12,992 bases of DNA, from NCBI GenBank assembly GCA_034717975.1, contig JAYEMF010000130.1:1-12992 (forward strand). Direction: 5' to 3'. The stretch is from Campylobacterota bacterium (GTDB lineage Bacteria; Campylobacterota; Campylobacteria; Campylobacterales; Sulfurimonadaceae). Position 1 is the first letter of the stretch. Each line of letters opens with the position of its first letter. This document shows positions 8,985 to 12,992 of the stretch, one piece after another. A program made the translations under genes and the position numbers. The notes beneath the pieces were generated by a model, which saw only the letters and a list, made by a program, of their open reading frames with translations, did not search any database and was not told the origin of the DNA.

Positions 8985-9042
8985 CAATAGTTTAATTGAG
9001 AAGTGACTTTTTAGGGCTGATGGTAGAAAAAAACTGTTTGGC

Positions 9043-9063
9043 TTCCATGCAAGAAGCATGGAA
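9043..9063 (-). terminator. hairpin downstream of hsrA (possible terminator or mRNA-stabilising stem)
   Basis: TTCCATGC-aagaa-GCATGGAA, a perfect 8-bp stem 10 nt past the hsrA stop. The U7 run on the minus strand is about 10 nt further on, so it is not a canonical intrinsic terminator. Confidence 0.5.
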
Positions 9064-9073
9064 AGTAAAGGGA

Positions 9074-9745
9074 TTAAACTTCTTTTGGAAAGCAGAAACG
9101 GTAACCGCGGCGGCGGACTGTTTCAATCGTTGTGATGTTAAGCGGTTTATCCATTTTCTGACGGATCTGGTTGATGGCGACTTCGATGACATTTGGTGTA
9201 ACGAGTTCCGGCTCTTCCCAGATAGCGTCAAGCAGCTGCTCTTTGGAGACGATCTGATCACGGTGGCGTGCCAGGTGCGTCAATACTTCAAACGGCTTCC
9301 CTTTAAGCTCGATCTCTTTCTCTTTATAGATGATCTTCTCTTCTTCAGGGTTGATCGTAAGATCTTCGATTTCGATGATATTGCTGCCGCCAAAGCGAAG
9401 ACGGGCTTCGATACGTGCGACAAGGACATCAAAATCAAATGGTTTACGGATATAGTCATCAGCACCGGCACGCAGTGCTTCGACTTCACTCTCGTTGTCA
9501 TCACGGGCAGAGAGTACAACGATCACTGTTTTCGGTGCATTGGTCTTGATGTGAGGGATAATATCGACCGTGTTGCCATCAGGCAGCATCCAGTCCGTTA
9601 AAATAAGATCATAATTACGGATATCGAGATAATACTCCCCGTCTTTCATTGTCTCAACAACATCACTCTGGTAACCAAACTCTTTCAGGCCTTCGGCAAG
9701 TGTCTTGTTTAGGGTAACTTCATCTTCAATAATAAGAATACGCAT
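9074..9745 (-). CDS. hsrA: OmpR-family response regulator HsrA/CosR (HP1043/Cj0355c orthologue)
   Basis: 223 aa. The C-terminal LKGKPFEVLTHLARHRDQIVSKEQLLDAIWEEPELVTPNVIEVAINQIRQKMDKPL...TVRRRGYRFCFP is the family signature. The receiver domain keeps E7/D8, D51 and KPF. Confidence 0.95.
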   Translation of the reverse strand: MRILIIEDEVTLNKTLAEGLKEFGYQSDVVETMKDGEYYLDIRNYDLILTDWMLPDGNTVDIIPHIKTNAPKTVIVVLSARDDNESEVEALRAGADDYIRKPFDFDVLVARIEARLRFGGSNIIEIEDLTINPEEEKIIYKEKEIELKGKPFEVLTHLARHRDQIVSKEQLLDAIWEEPELVTPNVIEVAINQIRQKMDKPLNITTIETVRRRGYRFCFPKEV

Positions 9746-9774
9746 TCACGTTCCTCTAGGTGTATTTTTATGGA

Positions 9775-9783
9775 ATTGTAGCA
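9775..9783 (-). promoter_or_regulatory. extended -10 promoter (TGcTACAAT) of hsrA
   Basis: TGnTAcAAT about 30 nt upstream of the ATG. SD GAGGA at about 9752-9756. Confidence 0.7.
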
Positions 9784-9787
9784 CAGT

Positions 9788-9826
9788 TTTAAGGAAGTTT
9801 GAAGCTAAATTTCAATTTTCTTTAAA
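9788..9826. promoter_or_regulatory. candidate HsrA/CosR autoregulatory site (11-bp phased TTTAAG-like hexamers)
   Basis: TTTAAG (9788), TTGAAG (9799), TTTCAA (9810), TTTAAA (9821) on the + strand, each exactly 11 bp apart. Confidence 0.45.
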
Positions 9827-10144
9827 TTTGTAACGGTCACTGACGGAGACTTCGCAATCAGGAAGAATATCGGGTTTTGAGATTTTCAAGGTAAGCGTCT
9901 CAATGGAAGGGTACGCTGCTTTAAGTCGGTTTTTAAGTGTCAGGAGGGCCTCTTCGATCAGCTCAAACTCCGCTTTGATCATAACTGCTTTGATGCGTTC
10001 TGCCGCATCGGCGTAGTCGATAAATTCACCCCGAAAATCGTACTCGAAAGCGGCATCGACAATTACGCGCTGAGGCGTAGTCCGCTCATGCTCCAACAGA
10101 CCGATAATGGCATCGAAGGTGAGGGCTTTGATCTCAATACGCAT
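9812..10144 (-). CDS. folB: dihydroneopterin aldolase (start revised to ATG 10144)
   Basis: IIGLLEHERTTPQRVIVD, FIDYA, FELIEEA, ISKPDI. The ATG lies 1 nt after the plsY stop. plsY-folB-hsrA is a conserved order in this phylum. Confidence 0.9.
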   Translation of the reverse strand: MRIEIKALTFDAIIGLLEHERTTPQRVIVDAAFEYDFRGEFIDYADAAERIKAVMIKAEFELIEEALLTLKNRLKAAYPSIETLTLKISKPDILPDCEVSVSDRYKFKEN

Positions 10145-10145
10145 C

Positions 10146-10760
10146 TCAGACGACGCGCTTCTCTTCACCCTTGATCAGACGGACGATATTGGGGATGTGT
10201 TTATAGAAGAGGATAAAACCTATAAACAGTACCGGTACATGAGGTATATCCGGATGGATGAAAAAACTGGCAATGATCAAAGCTGTCAGTCCCAGCAGTG
10301 ATGAGAGTGATGAGATACGGATTGTCTTGGCACCAACAACCCAGACAAGGAGGGCAATAATGGTTTCAATCGGGAGCAAAATCATCATTACACCCATTCC
10401 CGTAGCGATCCCTTTGCCCCCTTCGAACCATAGATAAGGGCTGAAACAGTGCCCGATAACAGCCAGGACAGCGATCCCCCAAAGGGTCGCGTCACTCACA
10501 CCGACAGCCATACCTGCAAGCAGAACGACGACCCCTTTGAGTGCATCAAGTGCAAGCGTGGCCGCACCGAGTTTTTTGGCCAGAGCAGGATTGCTCTCTT
10601 TGACGACACGCAGGACATTGGTTGCACCGATACTCTGCGAACCGCTCTCTTTGACATTGACACCGGCAAAAAACTTGGCCAGAAGGAGGCCGAACGGGAT
10701 TCCGCCGATGAGATAGGCGGCGATATAAAACTGTGCATTGAGATTGGTTAGAAATTCCAT
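10146..10760 (-). CDS. plsY: glycerol-3-phosphate 1-O-acyltransferase PlsY
   Basis: YLIGGIPFG, GSQSIGATNVLR, DALKG, GHCFSPYLWFEGGKGIATG, SLSSL, KHIPNIVRL. Confidence 0.97.
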   Translation of the reverse strand: MEFLTNLNAQFYIAAYLIGGIPFGLLLAKFFAGVNVKESGSQSIGATNVLRVVKESNPALAKKLGAATLALDALKGVVVLLAGMAVGVSDATLWGIAVLAVIGHCFSPYLWFEGGKGIATGMGVMMILLPIETIIALLVWVVGAKTIRISSLSSLLGLTALIIASFFIHPDIPHVPVLFIGFILFYKHIPNIVRLIKGEEKRVV

Positions 10761-10789
10761 AAAAAACCTGTATGTTGTATTGATATGGG

Positions 10790-10814
10790 ATTGTATTTTA
10801 AAGTTTGTTATAAT
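10790..10814. promoter_or_regulatory. back-to-back divergent promoters: -10 for plsY (minus; TACAAT 10790-10795 or TAAAAT 10795-10800) and extended -10 for nadA (plus; TGtTATAAT 10806-10814)
   Basis: Consensus matches in the AT-rich 97-bp plsY/nadA gap. Confidence 0.6.
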
Positions 10815-10857
10815 TCGATAAAAGTTCTATAAGAGATAGATAGAGTAAGGAAGTGGT

Positions 10858-11856
10858 TTGAACTACACAACCGAAGAGTTGAAAGATAAGATTAATGTGC
10901 TTAAAGAGAAATTGGACGTAACGGTGGTCGCCCACTTTTATCAGCGCGATGAAGTGTTTGAGATGGGAGATATCACGGGTGATTCCCTCGAACTGGCGAA
11001 AAAGACACGTGATGATGACGCGAAATTTGTCGTCTTCTGCGGGGTCGGTTTTATGGGACAGAGTGTGAAAGTGCTCAGTCCCGAAAAGCGTGTGGTGATG
11101 CCTAAAGTCGCCTGCTGTGCGATGGCACGTATGATCGATTCGCTTTACTTTGATGACTCGGTCAAGGCGATGGAAGAAGCGGGTATCAGTAAAGAGAATA
11201 TCCTGCCGATCACCTACATCAACTCCAACGCCGATGTCAAAGCCAAAGTCGGAGAGATGGGAGGCATGGTCTGTACCAGTTCCAATGCCAAACTGATCAT
11301 TACAACAGCGCTTAAAGAGGGGAAAAAGATATTGTTTGTACCCGATCGCTGTCTGGGACAGAATATTGCCAATCAGATGGGCCTCAAATCCGCCGTGATC
11401 GGCATCGATGAGAATATTGCCGATGCGGATATTATCTGTTATGACGGTTTCTGCTCGGTACATCAGCTTTTTACCGTTGAAGACATAGCGTTCTACCGTA
11501 AAAAGTTTCCGGGTATTTTGATCGCCGTCCACCCTGAATGTGATCCGGCGATCTGTGACAAAGCCGATTTTGTCGGTTCCACATCGCAACTGATCCGTTA
11601 CATCGCCGAACTTCCCGAAGATCAAAAAGTGGCTGTCGGGACAGAGTTTAACCTGGTCAACCGTCTGCGCCCGAAAAACACCTATGTGCTCTCTTCGACA
11701 AAACCGGAGTGCCCGACGATGAATGAGACGACGCTAGAAGACCTCTACCTGACACTCAAATCGATCGATGAGGGCGAACCGCTCAATGAGATCGAGATTG
11801 ATGAAGAGACTGCGAAATGGGCCAGAATAGCATTAGAGCGGATGATGGCGCTATGA
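10858..11856 (+). CDS. nadA: quinolinate synthase NadA
   Basis: AHFYQ, GDSLEL, FCGVGFMG, CCAMA, YINS, CTSSNA, PDRCLG, CSVH, HPEC, GSTS, GTE, CPTM. TTG start with AAGGA SD at 10847-10851. Confidence 0.97.
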   Translation: MNYTTEELKDKINVLKEKLDVTVVAHFYQRDEVFEMGDITGDSLELAKKTRDDDAKFVVFCGVGFMGQSVKVLSPEKRVVMPKVACCAMARMIDSLYFDDSVKAMEEAGISKENILPITYINSNADVKAKVGEMGGMVCTSSNAKLIITTALKEGKKILFVPDRCLGQNIANQMGLKSAVIGIDENIADADIICYDGFCSVHQLFTVEDIAFYRKKFPGILIAVHPECDPAICDKADFVGSTSQLIRYIAELPEDQKVAVGTEFNLVNRLRPKNTYVLSSTKPECPTMNETTLEDLYLTLKSIDEGEPLNEIEIDEETAKWARIALERMMAL

Positions 11857-12665
11857 TCGACTTTATAAAAGCGGCATTGGCAGAAGATGTAGGCCGGGGT
11901 GATCTTTATGCGAGAGTCTCCGAACCGACTGAAGCTTCTGCAAAGATCATTGCCAAGAGTGACGGTGTACTTGCCGGACAGACCTATATTGATCAGCTGT
12001 GCGAGATGGATAAGATCAATGTTGAGTGGTCTTTCCAAGATGGTGAACGTTTTGTGAAAGGTGATGTTATCGCTGAGTTTAAGAGCGATTCACACACCCT
12101 TTTGCGGGATGAACGCACGATCTTGAACATGATGCTGCATGCCAGTTCAATCGCCACACTGACACGTAGCTATGCAGATATTATTGCGCCTTATGGGACA
12201 AAACTGCTCGACACGCGTAAAACACGTCCGATGCTCCGTCTCTTTGAGAAGTATGCATCCCGCATCGGCGGAGCGGCAAATCATCGTATGGGACTTGATG
12301 ATGCTTTGATGCTGAAAGATACACACCTTAAGACGATTAGTGACCTTGAAAGTTTTATGCTTGAAGCACGCAGGCAGATCCCCTTTACTTCGACGATCGA
12401 GATTGAAGCGGAGACGATTGAACAGGCTAAGCAGTTTATGGCCGTTCATGCGGATATTGTCATGTGTGACAATATGACACCTGAACAGCTCTCGGAAGTA
12501 GTTGCATTTAGAGATGAACATTATCCGTCAGTCCTGCTTGAAGCCAGCGGCAATATTTCACTCGATACGATCGAAAGCTATGCCAAAACCGGTGTGGACG
12601 CGATCAGCAGCGGCTCGATGATCCACCAGGCTAACTGGATCGATCTTTCTATGAAACTGGATTAG
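11853..12665 (+). CDS. nadC: nicotinate-nucleotide diphosphorylase (carboxylating) NadC (start revised to ATG 11853)
   Basis: AEDVGRGD, ERTILN, DTRKTRP, HRMGLDDALMLKDTH, IEIE, MCDN, EASGNI, GVDAIS. ATGA overlap with the nadA stop. Confidence 0.97.
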   Translation: MIDFIKAALAEDVGRGDLYARVSEPTEASAKIIAKSDGVLAGQTYIDQLCEMDKINVEWSFQDGERFVKGDVIAEFKSDSHTLLRDERTILNMMLHASSIATLTRSYADIIAPYGTKLLDTRKTRPMLRLFEKYASRIGGAANHRMGLDDALMLKDTHLKTISDLESFMLEARRQIPFTSTIEIEAETIEQAKQFMAVHADIVMCDNMTPEQLSEVVAFRDEHYPSVLLEASGNISLDTIESYAKTGVDAISSGSMIHQANWIDLSMKLD

Positions 12666-12666
12666 T

Positions 12667-12681
12667 GCTCACTTTGTGAGC
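12667..12681. other. small perfect hairpin immediately after nadC
   Basis: GCTCAC-TTT-GTGAGC. Confidence 0.6.
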
Positions 12682-12685
12682 CGGA

Positions 12686-12826
12686 AAGAGGAAAGGTGAG
12701 AAGGGAAGAGGCAAGAGGAAAGGGGGAAGAGGCAAGAGCAAAGGCTTTAAGTCTCTTATCCCCCTTTTCCTTGATGTCAAAAGCATCAAATCTTTTTTTC
12801 TCTCTTTCCCCTTTCCGCTTCCCCCT
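12686..12826. repeat. inverted heptamer array: purine arm (AAGAGGN, about 9 copies) followed by complementary pyrimidine arm
   Basis: 12686-12747: AAGAGGA AAGGTGA GAAGGG AAGAGGC AAGAGGA AAGGGGG AAGAGGC AAGAGCA AAGGCTT. 12751-12826 contains GTCTCTT, CTCTCTT, TCCCCTT, TCCGCTT, which are reverse complements of the same unit. Confidence 0.85.
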
Positions 12827-12845
12827 GATGCCAAAGGCATCAAAT
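12772..12845 (+). repeat. 20-bp direct repeat, each copy a hairpin
   Basis: TGATGTCAAAAGCATCAAAT (12772-12791) vs TGATGCCAAAGGCATCAAAT (12826-12845), 18/20 identical. The second copy is a perfect TGATGCC-AAA-GGCATCA stem. Confidence 0.8.
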
Positions 12846-12975
12846 GGCTGACGATCAGGAAAAGACCGAAGTAATATCAGTTTTGAACGTAAAAGGAACC
12901 CGTCCCTTTTACTACGCTAAGGCCGCTGTGGCCACTGAAGGAAAATCTTTTCAAGATTTTTATGGGTTCTTCTAA
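12844..12975 (+). pseudogene. 43-aa ORF whose first 9 codons (MADDQEKTE) look like the FlhB N-terminus, then unrelated sequence; probable orphaned gene start or leader ORF
   Basis: ATG GCT GAC GAT CAG GAA AAG ACC GAA then GTA ATA TCA...TTC TAA. FlhB proteins start M(A/S)...EKTE(E/K)PT. The ORF is below the ORF-track size cutoff. Confidence 0.6.
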
Positions 12976-12984
12976 GGAGTTTTC
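12872..12984. mobile_element. putative ~113-bp hairpin-rich inserted element / structured leader between two copies of a gene start
   Basis: Stems GTAAAAGG/CCTTTTAC, GGCC/GGCC, AAAATCTT/AAGATTTT and TCAGT/ACTGA. It ends in TAAGGAG 5 nt before the second ATG. Mobility is inferred, not shown. Confidence 0.4.
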
Positions 12985-12992
12985 ATGGCTGA
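12985..12992 (+). CDS. start of next gene (partial), probably flagellar export protein FlhB
   Basis: Strong SD AAGGAG (12974-12979) then ATG GCT GA.., identical to the first 8 nt of the FlhB-like start at 12844. Only 8 nt are visible. Confidence 0.5.

Noticed and set aside
8996..9601. 201-aa + strand ORF opposite hsrA
   Set aside because: Antisense shadow with no domain features or SD.
10798..11625. 275-aa antisense ORF opposite nadA
   Set aside because: No recognisable motifs. It lies almost wholly opposite a highly conserved gene and is a typical antisense shadow caused by codon bias.
45..12521. Remaining short alternative-frame ORFs in the track (61-172 aa)
   Set aside because: All overlap well-supported genes and show no motifs or translation signals.
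10858..12665. nadA-nadC without nadB
   Set aside because: A nadA-nadC pair without an adjacent nadB is usual in this phylum, and absence from the genome cannot be judged from one window.
12649..12843. 64-aa minus-strand ORF (…PLLLPLPPFLLPLPF…)
   Set aside because: The low-complexity translation is simply the heptamer array read backwards.
12686..12845. Possible CRISPR array
   Set aside because: There are only two 20-bp repeats, the spacer is low-complexity, no cas genes are present, and the other repeats are tandem heptamers without spacers.
12848..12873. CTGACGA...CGAAG resembling a hammerhead ribozyme core
   Set aside because: It lacks GAAA and a credible stem II, and is better explained as FlhB-like coding sequence.
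12872..12984. c-di-GMP-I riboswitch or HDV-like ribozyme identity for the structured insert
   Set aside because: The c-di-GMP-I motifs (GCAAACC, GNRA loop with receptor, GACGCAAAGC) are missing. The HDV P3/P1.1 elements and the catalytic-C junction are also missing.

Overview
Mostly a conserved housekeeping region of a Campylobacterota (epsilonproteobacterial, Sulfurimonas/Sulfuricurvum-like) chromosome. The taxonomy is inferred from protein similarity and gene order as I recall them. Gene order: 3' end of a Bat-operon gene, batD, a PAS-like + degenerate GGDEF protein, tyrA (-), bamA (+), then on the minus strand ppx/gppA, a YfhL-type 2[4Fe-4S] ferredoxin, a histidine kinase, the HsrA/CosR response regulator, folB and plsY, then nadA-nadC (+). 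The most unusual part is the last ~330 bp. It holds an inverted array of AAGAGGN heptamers (also present after bamA), a duplicated small hairpin, and an apparently duplicated flhB-like gene start. The first copy (MADDQEKTE...) is followed by a ~113-bp hairpin-rich insert ending in a strong Shine-Dalgarno, and a second in-frame ATGGCTGA lies at the window edge. This suggests a small gene-start-duplicating element or a structured leader. Other points: a catalytically dead GGDEF domain that keeps its c-di-GMP I-site, a phosphorylatable (D51) HsrA/CosR next to a kinase that is probably leaderless, and phased TTTAAG-like repeats over the hsrA promoter.
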